Positions 7,727-15,969 of a DNA stretch of 37,031 nucleotides are shown here, piece by piece. The translations under genes and the position numbers were made by a program. This stretch comes from Candidatus Dormiibacterota bacterium. GTDB taxonomy: Bacteria > Chloroflexota > Dormibacteria > Aeolococcales > Aeolococcaceae. The stretch lies in assembly GCA_003132525.1 (NCBI GenBank), contig PKXZ01000098.1, positions 38,679 through 75,709 of the forward strand. Direction: 5' to 3'. Numbering within the stretch: the first letter of the stretch is position 1; each line of letters opens with the position of its first letter. The notes under the pieces were generated by a model. That model saw only the letters and a list, made by a program, of their open reading frames with translations. It had not been told where the DNA came from and ran no database searches.

Positions 7727-9316
7727 ATGGCTCCAGTTCAAGGCATCAGCTGGGACGATCGCAAGCGCAGAGTCGTGAGCGCGATGGCGGCCGCCACGGC
7801 CGTCGTTCTCAGCGCCGGCGCAGTTGCCACGACGGCACACGCCTCCGATGCACACCTCGTCTCCGTGATCGTGCGTGCACAGCCGGCCGGGATCGGCGCC
7901 GCGGACCAGGAGATCACCGCACTGGGCGGGCACGTCGACCAGCAGATCAGCCTGATCAATGCGGTCGTCGCTGACGTTCCATCGGACGCGGTCGCCGAAC
8001 TCGCGGCCACGCCGGCCGTGGCGCAGGTCACCTCGAACGGATCGGTTCAGCTCCTGGGCAGCTCGTACAGCGCGACCAGCAGCTCGTACAACCCGGCCAC
8101 CGACGTCGACTCCATGTACAACGTCGAGCAGATGGATGGCGCGCACGCCTACTGGGATGCGGGCTTTACCGGTCAGGGTGTTGGCGTCGCGCTCATCGAC
8201 TCCGGCGTCTCGCCAGTGAATGGCTTGCAGACTCCTGGCAAGGTGGTCAACGGGCCGGACTACTCGTCCGACTCGGCGTTCCGGTCGCTGCGAGACCTCG
8301 ACGAATTTGGTCACGGCACGCACATGGCCGGGATCATCGCCGGCCTCGACAACGGCGCCAGCGTCAGCTCGAGCGACACCACTGATTTCATGGGCATGGC
8401 ACCCAACTCGCAGATCGTGAACGTCAAAGTCGCCGGCGCGACCGGCCAGACGACGGTTGCGCAGGTGCTCACCGCGATCAGCTGGGTGGTGCAGCACCAG
8501 AATTCCAACGGCATGAACATCCGCGTGCTCAACCTCTCGTATGGCACGGATACCAACAACAGCTACGAGCTCGATCCGCTCGCTTACGCGGCCGAACAGG
8601 CGTGGCTGCATGGCATCGTCGTGGTGGTTGCCGCAGGCAACGAGGGCAACTACTCCGACGGTCTTGAGGACCCGGCGATCGATCCGTACGTGATTGCCGT
8701 TGGTGCCTCCGACACCGAGAACACCACAACAGTTGCCAACCACCAGCCCGCGAGCTTCACGAGCCAGGGTGACGGGACGCGCAACCCCGACCTCGCAGCG
8801 CCCGGCACCCACATCGTGTCGCTGCGCGACCCGGGATCCCTCATCGACGACATGTTCGGCGCTACCGCGACGGTCGACGGTCGCTTCTTCCTCGGGAGCG
8901 GAACGTCGCAGGCAGCAGCAGTTGTGTCGGGCGCAGCGGCGCTGCTCTTGAGCCAGCGGCCGTCGCTCACGCCCGATCAGGTCAAGGCGCTGCTCGTTGG
9001 CAACACGAACTCCATGCAGGGTCCGCAGACCCTGATCGGCAGCGGCGAGCTCGACCTCGCGGCCGTGCTCAACGCACCCACGCCGAACGCAGTCCAGACC
9101 TTTGCGACCTCGACCGGCGGAAACTCGCGCGGTTGGTGGTGGGCGGCCGGCGCCTCCTGGTCCGGCGCATCGTGGTCCGGGGCCTCGTGGTCGGGCGCAT
9201 CGTGGTCGGGTGCGTCGTGGTCCGGAGCGTCGTGGTCAGGAGCCTCGTGGTCCGGCGCCTCCTGGTCGGGGGCATCCTGGTCCGGCTCCAGCTGGTCCGA
9301 CGCCGACTGGAGTTAG
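7727..9316 (+). CDS. Secreted subtilisin-family (S8, AprX-like) serine protease with a C-terminal GASWS pentapeptide-repeat tail
   Basis: Signal peptide (RKRRVVSAMAAATAVVLSAGAVATTAHA) and an I9-like propeptide. Catalytic Asp (VALIDSGV), His (FGHGTHMAGII), oxyanion Asn (AAGNEG) and Ser (GSGTSQAAAVVSG). Then GWWWAA-(GASWS)9-GSSWS-DADWS-stop. Confidence 0.93.
   Translation: MAPVQGISWDDRKRRVVSAMAAATAVVLSAGAVATTAHASDAHLVSVIVRAQPAGIGAADQEITALGGHVDQQISLINAVVADVPSDAVAELAATPAVAQVTSNGSVQLLGSSYSATSSSYNPATDVDSMYNVEQMDGAHAYWDAGFTGQGVGVALIDSGVSPVNGLQTPGKVVNGPDYSSDSAFRSLRDLDEFGHGTHMAGIIAGLDNGASVSSSDTTDFMGMAPNSQIVNVKVAGATGQTTVAQVLTAISWVVQHQNSNGMNIRVLNLSYGTDTNNSYELDPLAYAAEQAWLHGIVVVVAAGNEGNYSDGLEDPAIDPYVIAVGASDTENTTTVANHQPASFTSQGDGTRNPDLAAPGTHIVSLRDPGSLIDDMFGATATVDGRFFLGSGTSQAAAVVSGAAALLLSQRPSLTPDQVKALLVGNTNSMQGPQTLIGSGELDLAAVLNAPTPNAVQTFATSTGGNSRGWWWAAGASWSGASWSGASWSGASWSGASWSGASWSGASWSGASWSGASWSGSSWSDADWS
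9149..9313 (+). repeat. In-frame 15-bp tandem repeat, 11 units, encoding (GASWS)9 GSSWS DADWS
   Basis: Units start at 9149 and recur every 15 nt up to the TAG at 9314-9316. Confidence 0.97.
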
Positions 9317-9454
9317 GTTCCGGAACCTCGGTCCGGCCACCCGGGGCGCTGGCTCGCCACTTCGATGCCTCCGCTGCCGATAGCCCTGCTACCGCTTGGC
9401 AACAGCACTGGCACGGCGAGTTCAATTGAGGGCGATCTGAACGACGATTCGGGC

Positions 9455-12085
9455 ATGGCCAAGGAGGCGGAGAGCCCTGAGTCGCCTGGCGATTCAGGAC
9501 CGGCAACTTCGAGCAGGAGGGGACACCGCGTCCACCTGCTGACGATCGTCCTCGTCGCCACAGCGATCATCCTGCTCGTCAAGGTCGTCGCCCCACTGCA
9601 CGGCATCCCTGCGCCGCGCCAGGTCCCGTGGTGGGTGCTCATCCCGCTCTTCTCGGCGGCGGAAGTGTTCGTGGTCCACATCCAGTTCCGCCGCGACGCC
9701 CAGTCGTTCTCGCTCAGTGAGCTGCCGCTGGTCGTCGGGTTCTTTTTCGCACCACCGCTGATCGTCCTGCTCTCCATGGTTGCCGGGACCGCAATCGCAC
9801 TGCTGGTTCACCGCCGCCAGTCACCCTTGAAGCTGGCGTTCAACCTCGCCAACTTCACGGTCGCCAACAGCGTTGTCGCCGTGCTGTTCATGCACCTTGT
9901 CGACCACCACGACGCTTTGAGCGCGATCAGCTTTCTCGGTGTCCTGGTGGCCGTCCTCGCCGGCGGCGTTGTGCAGTCATTCGTGATCCTGACCGCGATC
10001 TCGTTCTCGGAAGGGCGCATCGATCGTGTGGGCATCGCCTCGACCTTCGGATTCACCCAGGCAGCGACGGTGATCAACACCTGCCTTGCGCTGATCGGCG
10101 TCCGCATCGTCTGGCAGAATCCCAGCGAGCTCTGGCTGCTCGCGGTGCCCACCGTGGGCGTGTTCATCGCGTATCGCTTCTATGTCGCAGAGCGCGAGAA
10201 GCGCGACCAGGTCGACTTCCTCTATCAGTCGAGCAAGCAGCTCCAACGCACCGAAGCGGTGGATGACGCAGTCGCGCAGTTGCTCACCAAGTCGTGCGAG
10301 GTCTTCCGCGCCGAGCGCGCAGAGATTACCTTTCTTCCCACTCGCGAGCGCGATGCCGTGGTGCGGACGGCTGTCGACACGGAACAGACTACGCAGTTCA
10401 TGACTCCGGTCATCCTCGACGACGCGGAGCTGCAGTTCATGAGCCGGTTGTTGCTCGACTCGCCGCTCTTGCTCAGCACACACGGCAAGACCGATGGCGA
10501 TCCCAGCGGATTTCTCGAGCACCGCGGGCTGCGCGACGCCATGGCCGTCGTGCTCCGCGGCGAGAACAACATGGTGGGCACCATGCTCATCGCCAACCGT
10601 CTTGGCGAGGTCACGGGTTTCGACGACGAGGACCTGCGCCTCCTCGAGATGCTCGCCAACCAGACCGGTGTCATCCTCGAACGCGGAAGGTTGCAGCACT
10701 CGTTGTCGCAGCTCACCGTGCTCCAGGAACAGCTGCGGCACGAGGCGTCGCACGATCCGCTCACTGGCATGGCCAACCGGCTGCTCTTCGGATCGCGCGT
10801 CGAGCAGGCGCTCGCGCAGAGCGGCCAGCACGTGGGGGTGCTCTTCATCGACATCGATGACTTCAAGACTGTCAACGACAGTCTTGGCCATGCAGCCGGC
10901 GACGAGCTCCTCCGCGCAATCGCCGACCGCATCGGGCAGTGCCTGCGTCCCGGCGACGTCGCTGCACGACTGGGAGGCGACGAGTTCTCCGTGCTCCTCA
11001 TCGGCATCGACGAGCCGGCCACCGCCGTGCGCATTGCCGAGCGGGTTATCGAAGCGCTCCGCGAGCCGTTCATCATCGCCGCCGAGGAGGTGCTGACCCA
11101 CGCGAGCATCGGCATCGCGACGGCCATCGACACGGTGTGCGACGGGCAGGAACTGCTGCAGAACGCGGACCTCGCCCTGTACACCGCCAAGAGTTCAGGC
11201 AAGTCCCGCTGGGAGCTGTTCGAGCCCGCGATGTATGCCGCGGTGCAGCACCGCCATCGTCTCAAGGCAGACCTGTACCACGCCGTCGAGCAGGTCGAGT
11301 TCGAGCTGCTGTATCAGCCGATCGTGCGGGTGTCGACGTGCGAGATCGTTGCGGCCGAGGCGCTGCTGCGCTGGCGCCATCCCACCCGCGGGACGGTGCT
11401 GCCGGACGACTTCATCAGCCTCGTCGAGGAGACGGGCCTGATCACGCAGCTCGGCGCGTGGGTGATGCGCAGCGCCTGCGAGGAGGCGCGCGACTGGCCT
11501 TCCGTCGATGGTGCTGCTCCCGTTGCGGTGAGCGTCAACGTGGCTGTCCGTCAGCTGCGCGAGCCGGACTTCGTCGACAGCGTGCGCGAGGTGCTCCGCG
11601 ACACCGGTCTTGATGCCCGCCGTCTCATCGTCGAGGTGACCGAGGCGGACATTGTGTATGACACCGAGCCGATCATCGGCCGCCTCAGTGAGCTGCGCGA
11701 AATGGGAGTGCGCATCGCGCTCGACGACTTCGGCACCGGTCACTCGTCGCTGAGCCGGCTTCGAGATTTTCCGGTTGACGTGCTGAAGATCGACCGTTCA
11801 TTCACCGCATCGCTCTGCGGCCCGACCACGTCGATCGGTTTCGCTCACTCGGTGTTCAACTTCGGTGTCGGCCTCGGTCTCAGCGTGATCGCGGAGGGTG
11901 TCGAAACCGAGGAGTGTCTTCGGGAGCTCGGCGAGCTCGGCTGCGAGCTGGCGCAGGGGTATCTCTTCGGCCACCCGCTGACGCCGCTCGCGATGCGACG
12001 TCTGCTCGATCACAACATCGCAGTGCCAACACCGCTGCCGGCACTTGCAGCGCTCTCGGCGGGGACCACCTACCCGACGCGCTAA
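9455..12085 (+). CDS. Polytopic membrane sensor (MASE-like)-GAF-GGDEF-EAL diguanylate cyclase/phosphodiesterase
   Basis: About 7-8 hydrophobic segments in the N-terminal ~250 aa with motifs AEVFVVH, SFSLSELPLVVG and KLAFNLAN; then a GAF-like region. HDPLTGMANR, RPGDVAARLGGDEF (I-site plus GGDEF), EALLRW, DDFGTGHSS, KIDRSF, IAEGVE, QGYLF. Start ATG 9455 preferred (GACGAT -10-like element 6 nt upstream); ORF track start is 9365. Confidence 0.92.
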   Translation: MAKEAESPESPGDSGPATSSRRGHRVHLLTIVLVATAIILLVKVVAPLHGIPAPRQVPWWVLIPLFSAAEVFVVHIQFRRDAQSFSLSELPLVVGFFFAPPLIVLLSMVAGTAIALLVHRRQSPLKLAFNLANFTVANSVVAVLFMHLVDHHDALSAISFLGVLVAVLAGGVVQSFVILTAISFSEGRIDRVGIASTFGFTQAATVINTCLALIGVRIVWQNPSELWLLAVPTVGVFIAYRFYVAEREKRDQVDFLYQSSKQLQRTEAVDDAVAQLLTKSCEVFRAERAEITFLPTRERDAVVRTAVDTEQTTQFMTPVILDDAELQFMSRLLLDSPLLLSTHGKTDGDPSGFLEHRGLRDAMAVVLRGENNMVGTMLIANRLGEVTGFDDEDLRLLEMLANQTGVILERGRLQHSLSQLTVLQEQLRHEASHDPLTGMANRLLFGSRVEQALAQSGQHVGVLFIDIDDFKTVNDSLGHAAGDELLRAIADRIGQCLRPGDVAARLGGDEFSVLLIGIDEPATAVRIAERVIEALREPFIIAAEEVLTHASIGIATAIDTVCDGQELLQNADLALYTAKSSGKSRWELFEPAMYAAVQHRHRLKADLYHAVEQVEFELLYQPIVRVSTCEIVAAEALLRWRHPTRGTVLPDDFISLVEETGLITQLGAWVMRSACEEARDWPSVDGAAPVAVSVNVAVRQLREPDFVDSVREVLRDTGLDARRLIVEVTEADIVYDTEPIIGRLSELREMGVRIALDDFGTGHSSLSRLRDFPVDVLKIDRSFTASLCGPTTSIGFAHSVFNFGVGLGLSVIAEGVETEECLRELGELGCELAQGYLFGHPLTPLAMRRLLDHNIAVPTPLPALAALSAGTTYPTR

Positions 12086-12094
12086 CCGAGCGAC

Positions 12095-12718
12095 TCAGGC
12101 GGCGTACCCGCGCAGGACGCTGTCGACAACGCGCTCCGCGAAAGCGAAGTCGAGCACACCGCCGAACATCAGCCGGAAGTACACGGGACCGACGAGCAGG
12201 TCGGTGGCGAGCTCAGTGTCGGCGTCCGCGCGCAGATCGCCCCGCGCAATCCCCCGCTGGATGACCCGGGTGACCTCGGCGCGACGAGCGGCGACCACCG
12301 TCGCCCGAAACGGATCGCCAAGCGACGGGTCACTCGCGATCTTCGAGAGCAGGGCGCGGATCACCGGCCCGAAGTCCGTCTCGGTGATGGCCCGCATCGG
12401 GTTGAGCACCGCCGCGAGCATCTCCTCGCGGGTGTTGCCCGTCTCGGCCACCGCGATGTGCGGCGCCGCCATCTCCGCCAGCAGATCCTGGGCGAGAGCC
12501 TCCTTGGACGCCCAGCGGCGGTAGATGGTCGCCTTGCCCACGCCGGCGCGGGCGGCGACGTGCTCGAGGCGCATCTCGGCGAAGCCCTTCTCGATCAGCA
12601 GTTCGCGTGCCGCGGTGAGGATGGCCTGGTGGGCGCGTTCGCTTCGCGGCCGCCCGCCGCGGGTCGGAGCCGAGCGGGGCGGGACCGTAACCGTGGTCGA
12701 GGAGTCTGGGTTTCCCAT
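12095..12718 (-). CDS. TetR/AcrR family transcriptional regulator
   Basis: GRPRSERAHQAIL...VAARAGVGKATIYRRWASKEAL helix-turn-helix; C-terminal RGIARGDLRAD...LLVGPVYFRL typical of actinobacterial TetR proteins. Confidence 0.93.
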   Translation of the reverse strand: MGNPDSSTTVTVPPRSAPTRGGRPRSERAHQAILTAARELLIEKGFAEMRLEHVAARAGVGKATIYRRWASKEALAQDLLAEMAAPHIAVAETGNTREEMLAAVLNPMRAITETDFGPVIRALLSKIASDPSLGDPFRATVVAARRAEVTRVIQRGIARGDLRADADTELATDLLVGPVYFRLMFGGVLDFAFAERVVDSVLRGYAA

Positions 12719-12729
12719 TCAGATGGTAT

Positions 12730-12749
12730 GATACGGAACGCCTCGTATC
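12730..12749. promoter_or_regulatory. Probable TetR operator
   Basis: Inverted repeat GATACG-N8-CGTATC in the 50-bp gap between the divergent TetR gene and the small ORF. Confidence 0.7.
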
Positions 12750-12768
12750 GATGTAAAGGAGACCCCAA

Positions 12769-13005
12769 ATGAATACAAAAATAGCCGCATCAGACAACAC
12801 CCGCATCATGGAGCTCATCGAGCGCGCCGAGCGCGAGACCCCCTTCTGTGACTGTGGCGCAACCGCCGCGGCGGTTGCCTGCAACCGTCAGATCTGGTTG
12901 TCGTGCACACGGCATCAGTGCCCTTCCGAGGGAGCCCTCCGCCGAATCATCGCCACGCTGGCCTCGGCTGGTCACACACGCAGGCTCATCGCCGAGGGCG
13001 TGTAA
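12769..13005 (+). CDS. Small hypothetical Cys/His-rich protein (78 aa)
   Basis: Strong RBS AAAGGAG before the ATG; divergent from TetR; contains PFCDCG...IWLSC...GHTRR. Confidence 0.7.
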   Translation: MNTKIAASDNTRIMELIERAERETPFCDCGATAAAVACNRQIWLSCTRHQCPSEGALRRIIATLASAGHTRRLIAEGV

Positions 13006-13017
13006 CCCGGGCTGCAA

Positions 13018-14025
13018 TCAGGCTGTCGGCGATCGGCCCCACGCCGTCGCGACAGCCGCCGGGCTGGCGTCGACCGTCCCTGGCTTGATGGCCGCGATGA
13101 TGGTCATGAAGTCATTGAGGCAGTACATCTCGGTGTGGCTCGTCCAGTGCAACTTCCAGTTGGAGCTTGTGCAATCCCACGAGAAGGACGTGCTCTGATC
13201 GCTCGACCCGGTCACGAGCTGATAGAACTGCAGGTCGTCCCACTCGTTGCCGGTCTCGTTGCGGAGGATGCTCGCCCAGCCGGCTGGACTCGTGTAGTGC
13301 TTTCCTGCGGTGGTGGTCAGCGAATAGCACGCCATCCCCTGCACGTTGCATTCACCGCCCAGCACGTTATCGGCGTCCTCGAACCACGGCGCCTTCAGCG
13401 TGGAGCGCTTGTTGACGATCGGTGTGTAGCTGTAGACGCGACCGTAGGCGAAGCAGGTACTGACCGGGTTCTTCTGAATCGCCGGTGTGTGCACGTCGTC
13501 GGGATATGCGAACTCGCCCCAGGCGTTGTCGAAGCCCTCGGCGGTGAAATCGGGAAGTGACCCGCAACTCTCCGCATACTGTGATCCGGTCCCCATCGAG
13601 GGAGGCGGCGTGTCGCCCGTGATGTCGTTGTGGTTCAAGCCTTCGCTGACCACGTCGAAGCCGTACTCCGATTGCAGCGCCTGGAGATCCGACCAGTCGG
13701 CATAGATATCACCGTTGGTGCAATCCTCGCCCGTGGTGCTGGCGCGGTCGACATTCACCGTGCCGATTGCGGGCAGATGCATGCTGCTCAGGTCGGCGAC
13801 CACGGTGTCGAGACGGAGTATGCCCGGCACCGGCACGCACCCCGGATTGGTGTAGCTGCCCTCGATCGAACGACCGAACTGAATCGTGACGTACCGCGGT
13901 GCCGGCGCGGCAGTCGATGCCAGGGCGACCGTGCTGATGGACTGAGTCACAGCGAGGACTGCAACCACCAGCACGAGGCCAAGCTTCCACGAGGGGCGGC
14001 GGACTACATGATTGACGTCACGCAT
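13018..14025 (-). CDS. Secreted protein, probably a degenerate polysaccharide deacetylase (NodB/CE4-like) fold
   Basis: Signal peptide (RRPSWKLGLVLVVAVLAV...ALA). CE4-like spacing: YVTIQFGRS, WSDLQALQSEYGFDVVSEGLNH, FAYPD. ATG overlaps the iolB stop (ATGCGTGA). Confidence 0.6.
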   Translation of the reverse strand: MRDVNHVVRRPSWKLGLVLVVAVLAVTQSISTVALASTAAPAPRYVTIQFGRSIEGSYTNPGCVPVPGILRLDTVVADLSSMHLPAIGTVNVDRASTTGEDCTNGDIYADWSDLQALQSEYGFDVVSEGLNHNDITGDTPPPSMGTGSQYAESCGSLPDFTAEGFDNAWGEFAYPDDVHTPAIQKNPVSTCFAYGRVYSYTPIVNKRSTLKAPWFEDADNVLGGECNVQGMACYSLTTTAGKHYTSPAGWASILRNETGNEWDDLQFYQLVTGSSDQSTSFSWDCTSSNWKLHWTSHTEMYCLNDFMTIIAAIKPGTVDASPAAVATAWGRSPTA

Positions 14026-14797
14026 GCTCGTTCAACCAGCGATAGCGCGGATCGAGGTAGACGCGCATCACGCGCACCTCACCGGCGAGGATCCACAGGT
14101 AGTAGAGGTCATGTCCGGGCGCGGCAACGACGGGGTGGAATCCCGACGTGATCGCCGCGGCGTCGCCGTCGTGCGCCATCCACACATCCTCCCGCGCCGA
14201 GTCGATGTCGTACCGGGCCTGCAGCGCGAAACCGTTGGCAGGATGGACGCGGTAGTAGTAGACCTCCTCCAGCTGCGCCTCTTCCGCCGACTCGCGGTCG
14301 TGGCGGTGGGGTGGAAACGACGACCACGCGCCCGTGCCGTTGTGGATCGTTTCACCGACGATGAGTCGCGACGCCGGAGCGTCTGGCCCGAGGATGTTGC
14401 GCACCGTCCTGCTCCAGTTGTCGCGTCCCACCACGTTCTCGCGTTGCTCCGCCGCTGGAATGACGCGCGCCGGGCCAGGGGCGTGTTCACTGGCAGGCGT
14501 AGCAATCACCGCGGCGGTCAGGGTGGTGGCATCGCCATCCGCGATAGGGACCAGCTCGACGGACGAAGCCGGGGGGATGTAAACCGCATCGCCCGCGCCT
14601 TCGAAAACGTCATGGCGGCCGCCTGCCACCCCGCAGTCCAAGCCGTCGAGCACGACGCGCGCACGCCCGGCAAGGATGACCACGAGCCGCTCGGTTCCCT
14701 CGCCGAGCACGAGGAGATCCTCGGGTTCCGCGGTGATCAGGTCGAGCGAGATGAATTTGGTCTGCTCACCGGCGCGGATGAGCGAATCGATCTTCAC
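14018..14797 (-). CDS. iolB: 5-deoxy-glucuronate isomerase (IolB/KduI family)
   Basis: Motifs GRHDVFEG..DAVYIP, RLIVGETI, WSSFPPHRHD, LEEVYYYR, GFHPVVAAPGHDLYYLWILAG. GTG 14797 overlaps the upstream stop (GTGA). Confidence 0.88.
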   Translation of the reverse strand: MKIDSLIRAGEQTKFISLDLITAEPEDLLVLGEGTERLVVILAGRARVVLDGLDCGVAGGRHDVFEGAGDAVYIPPASSVELVPIADGDATTLTAAVIATPASEHAPGPARVIPAAEQRENVVGRDNWSRTVRNILGPDAPASRLIVGETIHNGTGAWSSFPPHRHDRESAEEAQLEEVYYYRVHPANGFALQARYDIDSAREDVWMAHDGDAAAITSGFHPVVAAPGHDLYYLWILAGEVRVMRVYLDPRYRWLNEHA

Positions 14798-15903
14798 GCC
14801 GACGGTGCCCGATCCGGGTCGGGGATCATCGCATCGCGCACGAATGCGTTCAGGTCGCCACACGCGGCGCAGAACTGGCGCAGCGTGCGTCGCGTCGCGC
14901 CGAAGCGATCGAAGTCCGCCACACTGATCCCATCCTCGGTGTACGCGCGGCGGAAGTCCGGGAAATGCGCGAGTAACCCGTCAACGACACGCGGATCCGC
15001 CGGATTGTCGATGCGCGGAATCACGTTGACATCGCTGGCATTCAGGCGCTTCTGCCACGCGTAGGTCGGTGACACGACGGCATCCGCGCCGATCAGTTCA
15101 CTCCAGTGCATGTGGTTGCGGAAGGCCGCGGACAGGAGACGCAGGCGGTACCCGCGCTCGCGAAAGATCGCGTAGGTCTTCTTGAACACGGCCACGCCCG
15201 CCCATTCGAGATATCCGGGATCAACGGTGATCCCGTCGCGCTCCATCACCACCTTGAGCCAGTCGTCCAGCCTGCCAACCATGATCGTGCAGACCGGCCC
15301 CATCGACGCGATGTCCTTTCCCTCAGCCTCACGTCTCCGCAGACCGCGCTCGACCGCCTCGGCCACGGCGATGCATTGCGGGAGCGTGAAACACACCGTC
15401 GCGTTGATGCTCACGCCGTGATACGTCGCTTCCTCAATGGCGGGGATGCCGGCGCGTGTCACCGGGATCTTCACGATCATGTTCTTGGCGAGGTCGCTGA
15501 ACGCGAGCGCCTGCTTGACGATCGCGTCGCTGTCGCGGAAGAAGCGCGGATCTGTCTGGATGGACAGCCGGCCGTTGCGCCCACGATGTGTCTCGAAGAT
15601 CGGCTCCAGGAGCTTCGCAGCCCGGATCGACAGCTCCTCCACGAGCTTCCAGGCAATCGTGTCCTCGGTCGCCGTCGGGAGCTCCCGGAGCAGCGCCTTC
15701 GTCCGCGGTCCCCAGGTCGCCCGGTCACCGGCGAGTACCGCAGCAGCGATCACCGGGTTGCAGGTCGCTCCGACGGCGCCGTTCTCGATCGAATACGTGA
15801 GCTCGTCGATCGCCGCCGAATCGTTCCAGAGAACGGTCGGCGTGGTCTGGGTCATCTGATACAGCGGACTGCGGTAAGCAACCGTTGTCTGAGCGGTGGT
15901 CAT
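14794..15903 (-). CDS. Transaldolase/FSA-family class I aldolase-fold protein
   Basis: LWNDS, GATCNPVI, Schiff-base Lys in MIVKIPVT, SINATVCFT, MVGRLDD, RLLSAAFRN. Confidence 0.85.
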   Translation of the reverse strand: MTTAQTTVAYRSPLYQMTQTTPTVLWNDSAAIDELTYSIENGAVGATCNPVIAAAVLAGDRATWGPRTKALLRELPTATEDTIAWKLVEELSIRAAKLLEPIFETHRGRNGRLSIQTDPRFFRDSDAIVKQALAFSDLAKNMIVKIPVTRAGIPAIEEATYHGVSINATVCFTLPQCIAVAEAVERGLRRREAEGKDIASMGPVCTIMVGRLDDWLKVVMERDGITVDPGYLEWAGVAVFKKTYAIFRERGYRLRLLSAAFRNHMHWSELIGADAVVSPTYAWQKRLNASDVNVIPRIDNPADPRVVDGLLAHFPDFRRAYTEDGISVADFDRFGATRRTLRQFCAACGDLNAFVRDAMIPDPDRAPSA

Positions 15904-15969
15904 CGCGTAACGAGCCTACTCTCACCGCGCCGCCACCCTCGCAGGGCTAATCGCCGGACCACGCGCCGA

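Noticed and set aside
9149-9313. 15-bp periodic array as a CRISPR array or slippage microsatellite
   Set aside because: No spacers, in frame within a CDS, variation among the GASWS units is purely synonymous, and no cas genes are present.
9149-9313. Tail as a classical RiPP precursor or cytokine-receptor WSxWS motif
   Set aside because: No radical SAM, YcaO, lanthipeptide, P450 or other modifying enzyme is in the window, and the spacing is WS-GAS-WS, not WSxWS. Modification in trans cannot be excluded.
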